Positions 42,182 through 54,800 of a DNA stretch of 64,000 nucleotides are shown one piece after another (position 1 is the first letter of the stretch; the number at the start of each line of letters is the position of its first letter). Source of the stretch: Sphagnum compactum (lineage: Eukaryota); contig OZ234493.1 of assembly GCA_965153455.1 (NCBI GenBank), positions 30,246,213 through 30,310,212 of the forward strand, given 5' to 3'. Both the position numbers and the translations under genes were made by a program. The notes beneath the pieces are model-generated. The model was not told where the DNA came from, made no database searches, and worked only from the letters and a program-made list of their open reading frames with translations.

Positions 42182-42747
42182 TGTACACAAAGTCCGGGAA
42201 CCATGACACACCTAAGCCACACCCATTATGTGTGTGAAGCTCCACCCGACAACCCCCTCCTCCTCCTCCTCCTTGCCTCCTGCATTGCTGCAACCCACAT
42301 CAATTCTTTTTCTCTTTCCTTCCTTCCTTCCTTCTTTCCTTACTGCATTGCCACAACCAACAACATCAATTCTTCTTGACAACCCATTACCAGATGTCTG
42401 ATTCTTGACCTACTTCTTATAACAGATTTGATTTTTTGATTCTTGAGCAAGTCTTACAGATAGATTGCAATGCAATATGTGTTATGAAAGCTGTAGTCAT
42501 AGATCAACTTACAGAAGCCAAATCAAGCAGAAGCCAAATCAAGCAGAAGCCAAATCAAGCTTAGCAAGCTCAACAGGATCAGCCTCACTCAAGAGATGAT
42601 GCAAATGTATCTTCACCATATATGAATGAAGAAGAAATGGGTCCCAAAAGATTCTGACCAAAAAACAAATTCTGATATAATAATACTTGTGGCAGTCTCT
42701 TGTGAATGGTCGCAGCCAGAACGACAATTGGGTGCAGTGCCTTAATT

Positions 42748-43221
42748 GGGTGCCCATGACCTTCGGACACTGTGAAGTCCCCCGGTTTCTTTGAAAAGGG
42801 CGGAGAAAAAAAAAAGAAAAAACCCTGGTATTAACCCTGGGCAGCCCGCCGGAAAAGGGCGGAAAAAAACAAAAAAAAAAAAACCCTAGTATTAACCCTG
42901 GGCAGCCCACCGGAAAAGGGCGGGGAAAAAAAAAAACCCTAGTATTAACCTTGGGCAGGTCCGGCGCCTACACAGCGAACCCGCCGGAAAAGGGCGAAAA
43001 AAAAAAAAAAAAAAAAAAAAAAAACCCTGGGTTTAACCCTGGGCAGCCCGCCGGAAAAGGGCGGGGAAAAAAAAAACCCTGGTATTAACCCTGGGCAGGT
43101 CCGGCGCCTACACAGCGAAAAAAAAAAAAAAAAACCCTGGGCAGCCCGCCGGAAAAGGGCGGAAAAAATATTTAGTGGGTGCCCGTGACCTTCGGACACT
43201 GTGAAGTCCCCTGGTTTCTTT
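42748..43221. repeat. GC/poly-A array bounded by 45-bp direct repeats resembling Helitron 3' ends
   Basis: About six copies of accctgggcagcccgccggaaaagggcg(a)n. gggtgccc.tgaccttcggacactgtgaagtcccc occurs at 42748 and 43177. Confidence 0.85.
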
Positions 43222-44532
43222 AAACCAAGAGGGACACACAAAGGCGCAAAGCAACCTTTTTTTTTTTTTTTTTTTTTTAAATTTCCCAATGAAAACATAC
43301 ATGGTGAACAAATCTGGCTATAAACCAAAATATGAAGTACACAACTTTAATCATCCTTCTATATTTTTGGCTATAGACTAAAAACCAAATCAAAAAAATC
43401 TGGCAAATTTTACTAAATTTTTCCCTTCACTTCTGGCTATTGAAAACACTTTTAAAATCATTTGAATTTTTGAATTTCACCATCAAGGAAAAGGCTGCTT
43501 GGAACCCATGTTTCTTAAGAGAGAGAGTTTTGTGAGGGTTCTGGGGCCGGTCACCAACAAATTTTTGAAACTCTTTAGTTTGCAACAATGGATATCGGGT
43601 TGCAAATTGAGGACTGGACTTCTTCATGTGGGATATGTTCCAAATTGGCCACTAAAGGCCGGAAAATAGATCCCTGGACATCCCTTTTTGTTTTTTTGTT
43701 TTTTTTTTTGGTGGTGGGTTTTGGTTGACACAATTTGTCATGGGCGGAAAACACAGACAGGCCGGAAACAACAATAAACTTAGCCCTTACATTTCAGTCC
43801 TGTATAGGCCCAAATTTCCAGGCTTGTGGTGTTTATTTTAGACCTAGCAGCGATTCCGAGAGCCACCCCAGTCCTTCCTTGATTGGAAAGCCGGCCTTCG
43901 ACGAAATCTAGGAGGAGACTACAATGGGGTTATCTATCTTGGAACTGTCCAAAGCTTGATTATTATTATTATTATTATTATTTTGGGTGATGGACCAATC
44001 ATGGATGCCCCCATCACAGAAGGAAACAAAATAAAATTGAACTTTGGGGGTCCAATTATGTGCAACTAATTAATACTGAAAAGGGCTTTGTGGGGGTTTT
44101 TTTTTTTTTTTTTTTTCTATTGTGTCATTTTGACTCCTTGATTCTAACTTAGGTGCTGCTCAAGGCAAGCCAGTTTCATTCAAGTGGGATCCACAGTACT
44201 CTACGCTGAAGGCAGTCTTCTGAAGTTGCTGGCTAAGCTCAACACAAATGAGATTAGTAATAATCTTCACCCGGAACCAGTTCTTGTCATGTCACGGACG
44301 GACAGACAGACCAAGCAAGTCTTGGAAATAGCTGCTGACGGGTTTCATGGTTGGGTATGAGTAGGGTGCCCACATGACTGACATTTTGCTTTGAAAAATA
44401 TTTGTAATCAGCTTGTCAATATCTGCTGACTCTTCAAAGTTTCAAGGAGGGATCCAACTTTGCATATTCCTTTATGAGTTCAAAGTGTTGGAGCAAAGTC
44501 TCCTGAATGATCTTCTCTCCAACACTTTGAAC

Positions 44533-45357
44533 TCATAAAGGCATATGCAAAGTTGATGTAGCTTTGTTGGAGTCCATAGCTAACGCCTCCAAATTGGCTG
44601 AAGATCCAAATGCTGGAGGTGCGTGCAAACTTGGTACACATCATCATGGATGGCACTTGGGTGAGTAAAAACATTTCTGGACACTGACACTTTAAAACTG
44701 CCATACCCAAATGAACAGCTAGTTCACTTTGGCATCCCAAGTGGAATTTCTTCAGTTTAGTAAAAGCCTGCATATAGCAATGGTTCGTTGCAGGAATGAA
44801 ATCACAGTGAAAATAGCTCATATTATATAGAGGACTTACTTGAGTTTAGAAAATGGTCGACTGGAAACTTCCTCATCCTGTGACTGGGGACTGGAACTTG
44901 GTGATTTGAATGCCTCGCCTGGAAGAACCACCAGAAGGAGCACATTCCTTCCCTTCCATCAGGCTACTACTACTGCTACTACTACTACTACTATTAGTCT
45001 TGTGGGCAACAACTCCCTGAATCCAAAAGATCTACACACTGCACATCATCAAGCAAATCTACACAGAAATCTATCAATCAAAGCAGAGACCAAGAAGAGA
45101 ACAAAAGAAGAATAAACACAAGCTTACATACATGAACTGCGCGCACATGGAAAGTTGGCTGATTCTCTGGATCCTTTGCATTTTGGAGCAAGGACTTGTG
45201 GGTTAACACATCTTCTGCTCTCTCTGCGTTTACATCTAACGCATATCTGCAGGAGGGCATACAGCAGCAAAAGTGTAGCAGTGATTGCTTAGTTCTCGTG
45301 AGCAGCAGCAATGACACCCACCACTACACCCAAGCTCTCCAAAATGTAACCCTATAC

Positions 45358-45418
<61 letters not shown>

Positions 45419-45731
45419 AATTTCGACCCATCCAAGATATTCACACACGCGCGCACACACTGTGTGTGTGTCTCTCTCTCTTTCTCTCTCTGAATTTCCA
45501 CCCACCCAAGATCTTCACACATCCCCTCTCTCTCTCTCTCTGTAACCTTGAATTTCTAGCAGGCACCCAAGATCTTAACACATGCGAATTTGCAAAGGGA
45601 ACCCAGAAAGGGCGGCGGCAGAAACAGGAAGGAAGAGAGAACCCAGACCTGGTAGGAAGCTGATTGAAATGCGCAAGAAGCTCGTCCGCGAAACCGGGTT
45701 GGTCCGCCACCGGATTCCCCCTCTTCTTCAA
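44533..45731 (-). pseudogene. N-terminal fragment of an STY8/17/46-like ACT-domain Raf-like kinase gene, introns retained
   Basis: Exons ~45731-45649, 45246-45132, ~44931-44840 and 44629-44533 give [37 protein letters not shown]...FHVRAVH|...|LHAPPAFGSSANLEALA. No start codon, ACT domain or kinase domain was found. Confidence 0.85.
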
Positions 45732-45919
45732 CGCTGATCACATCTAGATAAAATTATTGCGGTCGCCATTCGTCGTCGTCCTCCTCCTCTTCCATCTAGG
45801 GACTTCGATTTCAAGACCTGGTCCTGTCCGTCCGTCGAGGTCCTGAAACCAAGATCGGCACCTGGACGGACAGACAAACGGACAGACGGACAGACACACT
45901 GTTGTAATTATATATAAGA

Positions 45920-46387
45920 TTACAAACATGGTGTGTGTCCGTCTGTCTGTCCGTTTTTACCTTTTCGAAGTTACCTTCCTTTACCTAATTTACCTAAGTT
46001 ACTTTTTACTGAGCGGCAGTTAAGAAGTTACTGAGCGGCAGCAGGGGGGGGCAGCAGGGGTGGGGCGGGGCAGCAGGGGTGGGGGGGGGGGGGGGGGGGG
46101 GCAGCAGGGGTGGGGCGGGCCAGCAGGGGTGGGGGGGGGGGGGGGCAGCAGGGGTGGGGCGGGCCAGCAGGGGTGGGGGGGGGCTAGCAGGGGTGGGGCG
46201 GGCCAACAGGGGGGGGGCAGCACAGGTGGGGGGGGGGGGCCAGCAGGGGGGGGACGGGTGGGAAAGGACCGGACGGGGGAGTGAAGGGAGGTGGTTTTTT
46301 TTTTTTTTTTTTTTTCGTTTTTTTTGGGTCCTCCCTCCTTTTCTTGGGGGTGGTTAGAGTGAAATAGCCACGGGTTACCAACCACTC
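45920..46387 (+). mobile_element. Non-autonomous Helitron B (its first 12 nt lie at 35777-35788); G-rich interior
   Basis: Inverted homolog of C2 with an expanded (gcaggggtgggg) array. It ends atagccacgggttaccaaccactc. Confidence 0.8.
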
Positions 46388-46935
46388 CTATATAATTACA
46401 AACATGGTGTCTGTGCATCTATCTATCTTTGATGAATGAATTTTTTGGATGATGGTGGTGAAGGTGGTAGTTATTCGTCCAAACCCTCTAACTGCTGCTC
46501 AGTGTTTCTGATTGGCCCATCATAATCACTGGTCCATGTGGGGCGGGGGGGCCAGCAGGGGGGGCCAGCAGGGGTGGGGGGGGCCAGTAGGGGGGGGCCC
46601 CCATCATAATCACTGGTCCATGTGGGGTGGGGGGGGGCCAGCACGGGGGGGGGGGCGCGGGCGGGAAGGATCGAGCCACGGTCTCATGTCCCTGGGTTTT
46701 GTATGTGGGGTGGGGGGGGCCAGCAGGGGTGAGGGGGTCAGCACGGGGGGGGGGGGGGGGGGGGGCCACGGGCGGGGAAGGACCGGGCCACGGTCTCATG
46801 TCCCTGGGTAACAAAACCATGGCCTTTGTTGGGCAGGGGAGTGAAGGGAGGTGTTTTTTTTTCTTTTTTTTTTGGGTGCTCCCTCCTTTTCTTGGGGGTG
46901 GCTGGAGTGGCATAGCCACGGGTTACCTACACTCG
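46386..46935 (+). mobile_element. Non-autonomous Helitron G; G-rich interior
   Basis: Starts tcctatataattacaaacatggtg and ends gtggc-ata-gccac gggttacctaca-CTCG|T. Confidence 0.75.
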
Positions 46936-49900
46936 TATAATAAAAGACCATATGCCTAGCATGTTTTTAGTCAGTGGTTCTATCATATACTTGTCCTAAC
47001 TTGTCCTATAAAAATAATTAATAAGTAAAATATGAATGGAAGTTCGTGTTTTGGACACTTCAAAAAAATAGATTATGAACATTTATGTTGTTTATTGTTT
47101 TGTTGTGATATAGAGTCTAGTATCTAAATATGGTGAAGGTTGGTTTTATTGACCTAGTTGACTAGGGAAGTAAAGATATAAAACATTGAAAATCAAATTA
47201 AGAAAAAATTAGGGTTAAGTTATAAAACATTGCAACTTTGGGTCTTTTTTCAACGAAACATATAGTTTGTGATATAAATCACTCACTTGTGAAGGTTTGT
47301 AAGGTTGATTAAGGGGATACAAACCTTCACACTTGTGAGTGATTTATATCACAAACTACATGCCTAGCTAGAAAAAAATTCCACTGTCAACATGTCCATG
47401 GATGTAAATTAAAAAACAGATATGTTCAGAATAACATAACCATATAAAGATTGGCATTGTCAAATCACCGTGCCTTGTGACAAAAAGCTTTTAAACTAGC
47501 ACTAGACAAGATGAGAAGTCCTTTGTTCCAATTCATTTTTGTTATTTATTATGTTTTTCAAACGTTTACACATTCACAACTTTGTAAGATTTTTCAAATG
47601 AAATTTGATCACTAATCATGACATTTATTTTTGTAAATGTAGATGGGGGAAGTTGTGCATGGACTAGGTCACAATTTGAATAATTATGTTTACAATGAAA
47701 ATTTATCATGATGTAGTTAAATGGAGCAAGTGGACACATCAAATCAAGTTCAATTAGGCATGTACTTGTTTTAGGTTGGGCCATGAAAAGGAAAAGAAAC
47801 ATATAGGACCCTTGATGGATAGTATCTTAAAAACATTGAAACAAAATCATCGCATCAGTAAATTGGTGTCTACTTATGTTTATCATGCATCAAGGTTTCT
47901 TTAAATTATTATATTTTGTTAATTATTTTAAAATACACTTTTTAAATCTTCAAAACACATGGATTCATATATTGAATGTTGCATCTTGTAATGTATTTTG
48001 TCATGTATTTTTTTCTCACAATTTTCTTGCACTTCAATTGTTGGTGATTTATAATTTGGTAATCACTGGGGTTTGTGAATACCAAAATGGTAGTCGCAAT
48101 GAATAAATTACTGCATTTTTTGTGAGAAAAAAATGTCTTTCAATTTGAAGCATATACAATATCACAAAATCAACAAATCACATCAGCGTTTTGTTAAGCT
48201 TCAAAAAAATACACAATTCCTTCAATGATTATTTATTGGTATGATTCTAATCAATCTTTTAATTAAAATACCATATTTTTACATATATAATTAGTTTTAT
48301 TGATTTGTTGTTTTGACTTTGCTTACTAAAGAGGCTTTAATTTTGCAATGTTTTGATTTTAAAATGGGGCAATAATGGTCATTACATAGTTTATAATTAA
48401 GCTATGTAAGACATATGTTCCATCATGCTACAAAAGCATAATGGACCATTTGGGGGTTCTTGACATTCCAAAAAACTCCAATTTGCACAATTGGAAAGTG
48501 TAGTTCCAAAGCCACGTAAGGTTTTTGTTTCCATGTTTGTGATGTGCAAAAATAATAATTTAAGTTTTTTTAATTGGCTTTTAACAATCATAAGATGGAT
48601 TTCATGTGTGCAATGACCTTACTTTTCCAATATATTGTTTTGTTGCAAGGATAGGTTACTTACCATCAAGTGTCAATCATATGGTGGTTTTTAAAGAAAA
48701 AAGGCCAAAAGATTATTGGACCAAACAATATGATTTACAATATCATGTATTGCACTTTTTAAAATTGGAAAAATCAACCATTTCAATAGACAAAGGAATA
48801 TGTCAATAGTAGTGATGTAATACCTCATGATTGTCTTGAAGATTTATGTACTGAGGAAAATTGGTTGAGCAAAATACAAATGAATGCAAGCATGGGCTCA
48901 CAATGGGAAGCTAAAAATTTTGCGTTTTTGGTTGGAGGAAGAATTTATATAAAAATGGTGCTTATGGAAGGTATAAAAATTAGTCCTTGATGTTAAGGTT
49001 TTGGCAAATGAACTATTAATGCGTTTTAGATAATAATTTAAGATGATTTATTTACATCAATGATATGTAAGTATGTTCATCATGATGTTGAAGTCACAGG
49101 AAAAGCTCAAGGTTTTGCCCACAAATTCACTACTTATTTGAAACCATCATTTCCAATAGTGATGGAGGAGCTTGAATGTAGAAAGGCAAGACTAAATATC
49201 AAGGACAATGAAGGTTGGATTGTGAAAGGATCTCCTTTCATAACATTTGCATTGACACAAAACTATGAAGTCAAGGTCCATCAAGATAAAAACAATGATG
49301 GCATTTGCTTCATCTTAGGGTTGCGAAAAGATAAATTTTTATTTCATTTATATTAAATTATGTTATTTAATTAAAAAAACATAATTTGATGCTGATTTTT
49401 TGTATGGTACAAGAACTATGGAAGATCACATGAAGGAGAGGCATTTTTTGCTTGCTAGTGTATGAAATTAAATTTTAAAGCTAAAGTGGAACTGTTGTCA
49501 TGTCACATGTTGATCAAGTATATTATTGTACATTAACAAATCAATGTGATGGCCAATTTGGTATGGCATTTTTCCAAAAAACAACAATTTAAAACCATCT
49601 TAATCTTTTTTTTATTCATGTTATAATGAATAGAGTGAAGCATTTGATGAAATACTTTGATAATACCAACATTATTAAAATAACTATGTTGAACAAGTCT
49701 AAAATCTCTAACCCTTTTGAGGTTGAAATTTTCCTTTTACATAAAAATATGCAATTGGAGGTTATAAAGGTTGTCAAACCTTTTTTTGGAATTTTTGAGG
49801 TATTTTGATGCATGACATGCTCACAACATGATGATGATTAACTTTATGAAGCAAGGGTGGGGGTTGTGTGATGTGTGATTGGAGAAAGAACTTGTGTAAC

Positions 49901-50635
49901 AATTGAGCAAAGTTCTTCATAAAACCAAGTTCAATTTCCCTACTAGTTAGTTACTTTGTTTTGGATTTTGTCCATGTTGATTTTTTTCTAGCTAGGAGGC
50001 TAAGTTTGTACTCTTATATGTTTTTTTTTTTTAATGTAAAAAAATTAGAAATTTGATATGCATACCCTTTGTGCATAATTAAAAATTTGAAAACCAGCAT
50101 AATATTCATAATCGAAAAAGAAATTTTTCAAAAAATGGATTTGTAACCAACCAGCTGGTGTAATACTTATTGATTGAATACTTATTGTTCTTTGTAAAAG
50201 GGGGGGGGGGGGATATGCTTTATTGATATCCACAGGGTGGGCGTAAAAGTAGATAACCGGCCAACACTTGAGCAAGTGGCGTTCTTCAAGTCAAGGGCAG
50301 AGAAAAACAAACGCGTTTTCTTTCCAGACACCCAAGTTGCACTCTTCTTCCTCTTCTTCTTGTTTTCCTTTCTTCTTCTGAAGCTTTGTACCTCTCAAAC
50401 TTCATTAGATCTGCAGTTTCGTTGGCCAGATCTGCAGTTGCAAACTCGTATCGTCTTGCGTTGTGTCTGTATTCCTGCTATTTCTGTGTTTCTCTTCCAT
50501 TCTCTGTTTTTGTTTCGGCGGGTTTTTTTGGTGGTGTGTATCTGTGGTGTTGCGAAAGGGAGGGGGTTTTGTGCGTCGTGAGTTGTGGAGTAAAGAGAGA
50601 AAGCCGAAGAAGAAGGAGGAGGAGGAGGAAGAGCC

Positions 50636-51813
50636 ATGGAGGCGGTTGATTCAGTCGTGAACCCTATCAAGGAGTTTGCAAAGGACAGTGTGCGTCTTGT
50701 AAACCGATGCCACAAGCCTGACCGCAAAGGTATGTTGTTCGCCTGGACCCCTTCTTTGCGATCCTTCTCAGATCCCTAGACACACACCGCAACTCACTAG
50801 CCAACATCCAGTTTTTTCCTTGCTACTCCGCTGCAATATTGGCTCTCTGTGATGTAGTAGGTCCGTCACTGCGCATAGTGGTTTCAGAACGACGAACAAC
50901 CGGCCGACCGACCGACCGACCGACCGACAGAGCGCTGAATCTAGTCTGTGCAGTTCGCCTTCCTCCAGATCTGTCAGAATGCAGCCGATAATATCCTTGT
51001 TGGCTGGTTCTCACGGGAAGCTTGCTTGTGTTTTTGCGTTAAAATCCCGCTTGTTGCAACCTGGATGTTACCTATGTCACCCCACATGTGGCCGCCTGCC
51101 TGTAGAACAAGGTATCCATGTCGGCCATGGAGGGAATAGCACACAGCAAGCAGCCAAGCAAAAGCGAATATACATGGATGGAGAGGTTTAGTTGCTCTAT
51201 CCGGATGGTGGTGGTTTGCACAAAATTACACTCACAATCCAAGCGCTAAGTTTTGTGGCAGCTTGATTGAAGGGTGAAGGAAACTGACCAGAGTGCAAGA
51301 CCTACTCTTATTTATGATGTTGTCCACATGTGTATGAAGCCTATGAGTAGTGCAGATCTCTGTTTTCCTTTGGCAAATTCATATAGTTCTTTCAGGTATA
51401 GCACCATTCAATCGTGCAGGAACAGTGAGTACACTGAGAGGTTTAGTTGCTCCGTCAGGGAGGTGGTTTGCACAAAACCACACTCATAATGCAAGTTCAA
51501 AGTTTTGCAGCAGCTTGATTGCAGAGTGGATAAAACTGACCAGAGTGCAAGACCTACTCTTATGATTGTTGCTCACATGCTTATAAAGTCCGTGAGTAGT
51601 GCAAGTCTCTGCTCTCCTTTGGCACTTGTTAGATGACCTCGCTGTTTGGGTTTTCATTTGGTTCTGCTTGGGGATGGGTTTGGGTGCTTGTTTGCAGAGT
51701 TTTCCAAGGTTGCATTCAGAACAGGTGTAGGCTGTGTGGTGATGGGCTTTATTGGATTCTTTGTGAAGCTTCTTTTTATCCCCATCAACAACATTATTAT
51801 TGGCTCTACCTAA
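50636..51813 (+). CDS. SEC61G: Protein transport protein SEC61 subunit gamma (69 aa)
   Basis: Exons 50636-50729 and 51698-51813 (GT-AG) encode [69 protein letters not shown]. Confidence 0.97.
51181..51630 (+). repeat. Diverged direct duplication (offset ~255 bp) in the SEC61G intron
   Basis: gagaggtttagttgctc...ggtggtttgcacaaaa...aaactgaccagagtgcaagacctactctta starts at 51181 and 51436. Confidence 0.85.
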
Positions 51814-54800
51814 TCTGTGCATGGGTATGTGTACTTGCTCTGGATTTTTCCTTTGCATTTGTGTTTTGCTACTTTCAGTGGACAAAAGAGTTGCAGAGAG
51901 ATTTCTGTTCATGAAAACTAATGTTCTGTTTTTTGATTTAGAATTTGATGCTTTACAGGCTAGTGGAGGAGGGTTAGGCAAGACATTATGTTTTGTCAGG
52001 GCAGAATTTCAGTTGTGGTAGTGAGAAAGTGGAGGATGTAGGGAGTTGATGATGGCCATGTCTTGGTTGCAGGTGCAAGGAAAATTGAAGGATTCAAAGT
52101 TTGGAGCTCCTTGACAGAGCTCTGCATTTTTGGTATTATCACTTCTATTTCTCTAGATGGGAGAGTTTGCATCACTGTACTCTTCAGCAAGTAAGCTGGG
52201 TTTTGGCGATTTGTAGCAAAGCTCATGTTATGTTTACAAGCACTTGCTATGTTTGTTTTCACAAACATGATTGTGAATGTTTGCTTATAGTTGTGCTGAG
52301 CAAATGAAAATAATAATGTTTGTTTGGTACTCAAGTTTTCCTGCCACCATCAAGTCCACCCTAAATATAACCCTGGATGTGAAGACTACTTTGTGCACTT
52401 TTTTCATTACCCATTCTTATGACCCCTTCTTTCCTGTGGCCAAAAATGTAAAATCATTTTACTAACAATTTCAGTTGGGACATGTGGGGTGTTCTTTTTC
52501 ATGAGATTAGAAAACCTGTTGTTTTCCAAACTTTCTCTAGTGTAAATGAATTGAAACCAAATAGTTAAATTAAATGTTTTCAACATCAATACTTAGGCAA
52601 ATTTGGTGATTAGGGAGTTCATGGAATACTACAATTGGAATCAAGGAATTACAAGACATCTCACAAAGGGCACAGCCATTGAATATTGTGAACTACTTAG
52701 TGAATGATTATTTCTCAAAAGCAAACTCTTGAATACCTCCTGATGAATAATGTCTTTGAATTTAGAACAATATATTGTATCATGGTTCGTGATCATAGCA
52801 GTTAAAAGTATTGATTTGGAATCTACTTTTGAAGTGCACCCCAAATATGGATGCTTAATTATCATGAGAGAATCTCATAGAAAAATTTGCAACAAAACAG
52901 AAGTGCTATGCAAAGTTGTGTATTGTATACCCTCCACTTCAAAATTGTCACTAATGAGAAAGAAAATTCCATTGATGAATTTGGGTTTACTTTGTACCAA
53001 GATCTTGCAAAGTCTAGTCTCAATCTCCAAATACCTCATAATTTGGCATAGAACAAATCAAAATGAAATTAAATCACTTTGTTGCAAAGGATTATATGTC
53101 AACATTGATAAATTAGACAGCGCATGATTCCATTTATTTGTTACATTTACATAATAGAATATGTTTACATTTAGAAACATGGAATCATGATATTGTTTTC
53201 ATGCTGAAGCTAATGTTAATCTAATTCCAATCCCAAGCTTATCCAAATCTTCAAAAATAATTGTGTAGACAAAATCCTTGTTTAGGCATACCCAAAACAT
53301 TCACAACCCAATACACTAGAAACTAAGAAAATCTACCATGCAATATCGCTCTCAACCTTATTTGAGAGAGTCTCACCCAACCAATAAGTAAAATTAAATC
53401 AATTACCACTATTGTTTTCTAATTTGCTAATTTCTAAAGAGATAAACAACATGTATACAATACATGCATCATCTATCCATTCAGGTAATTTGTTTGTTTT
53501 GTTTGTTTTTTCACATTGAGATCTCCCAAATTGCTGGCCCCTACCACATCAAATCTCAACTACTACACCAGCTCTAATGTAAAAAAATTAATTGAATTTC
53601 TCATCAAACAAAAGTTTAAACATGATCTTTTGCTTAGGATTGTTGAAAGGACCAAGGAAAGGTTTGTATTTTCATCCCTTGAGCCATGTAACATTTGCAC
53701 TATATCTTTTGATCTTTGGATGTTAAAGGGAGGTGTAGGGTTTAGGGTCGTTTGTTCTTTTGTTCATGTCGTCCATTTTTTGAATGACAAGTGGTAGCCT
53801 TGTTCTATAACTATTGAATTTTTTGAGATTACAAACATATTTAGAAATGCCATGAATTTATAGATGAGCAATGTGCTTGCAAAACACAATTTTAATGCCC
53901 ATGTTCTTGCATATGTCAAAAATAAAAGGAATAATTTTTCCACCACAACTTTTGCATTAACCTTTGTTATGTCCTATGAAAATTTGCGATTGTCAACACC
54001 TTTTGTAAGGGCTTATTGAGGGCATGCAATGTCCAAATGTTGTCAATATGCCATAGAGGACTACAATGTATGTGTTGGCTTGACCTCAATCTCAATCAAA
54101 GAAACACATGTCATTGTGACATACAAGTCATGGGCACTACTACAAGTTCAAATGTGTACGTCAAATGTGACTAGATGGTTTGACACTTGACTCCAATGAA
54201 ACCCAAGATTTTGATGGAAAGCATCAAGTCTTTTGGCAACAAATGTAAAAACAAGTGGTACAAGTCCCAAACCTTTTCCTTTCATTTATGATTTCTTTTT
54301 TTTAAATCAAATATCACAACATGTTTGCCATGATGTTAGACCTCTGCTATAGGGGCTTAGGATTAATCATTCAATTTGTTGGCAAGCATAGAATATTGCA
54401 AATCATCAGTGAGCATGATTGCTAGGTAGGGTGCAAACTTGCAAACATGACCTAGACCCATAGCCTTTTGTGGTGTGATTATTAAGGAAACATTAAAAGG
54501 ATTTGTTCATTATCCATATTTTTATTAAAATTGCTTCTTTTTAAATTAATAACTAACTTTTATTAAATAAAGTTCAAGTTAGGGTTCAATCAAAAACCTT
54601 ATTACAAGTACAAGTCAAAATAAATTCAAGTTAATTTTCCAAATCATCATGATTATTTTTAAATATTTTTAAATTAAAAATTCAACTTTATATTCCATCT
54701 AAAATTAAAAATTAGAAATTATGGTTATATTTCTGAAACAAGAGTATTAAAGCACCAAAATTGATGATAAATAATAATGCATTGAAAGCATAAAAAGTTA

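Larger units (their letters stand above)
36763..45919 (-). mobile_element. Composite autonomous-type Helitron D (RepHel plus kinase gene fragment)
   Basis: 5' end A|TCTTATATATAATTACAAC at 45919. The 3' end gtggc-gta-gccac gggttaccca-CTAG is at 36763, about 75 bp after the RepHel stop. The true 5' boundary of the original autonomous element may be more internal. Confidence 0.75.

Noticed and set aside
41448-42379. Long plus-strand and alternate-frame ORFs over the 69-bp repeat
   Set aside because: Shadow frames of the RepHel N-terminal repeat.
43844-44331. Additional small Helitron (ctag at ~43844; gtctgtctgtccgtccg motif at ~44300)
   Set aside because: No clear TC start, a weak hairpin and no A|T target; left uncalled.
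46006-46959. Pro/Gly-rich extensin-like ORFs
   Set aside because: Translations of G/C homopolymer arrays inside non-autonomous Helitrons.
47550-49900. Possible highly decayed transposase fragments (also 52600-54100)
   Set aside because: Short broken AT-rich frames with no motif I can assign confidently.
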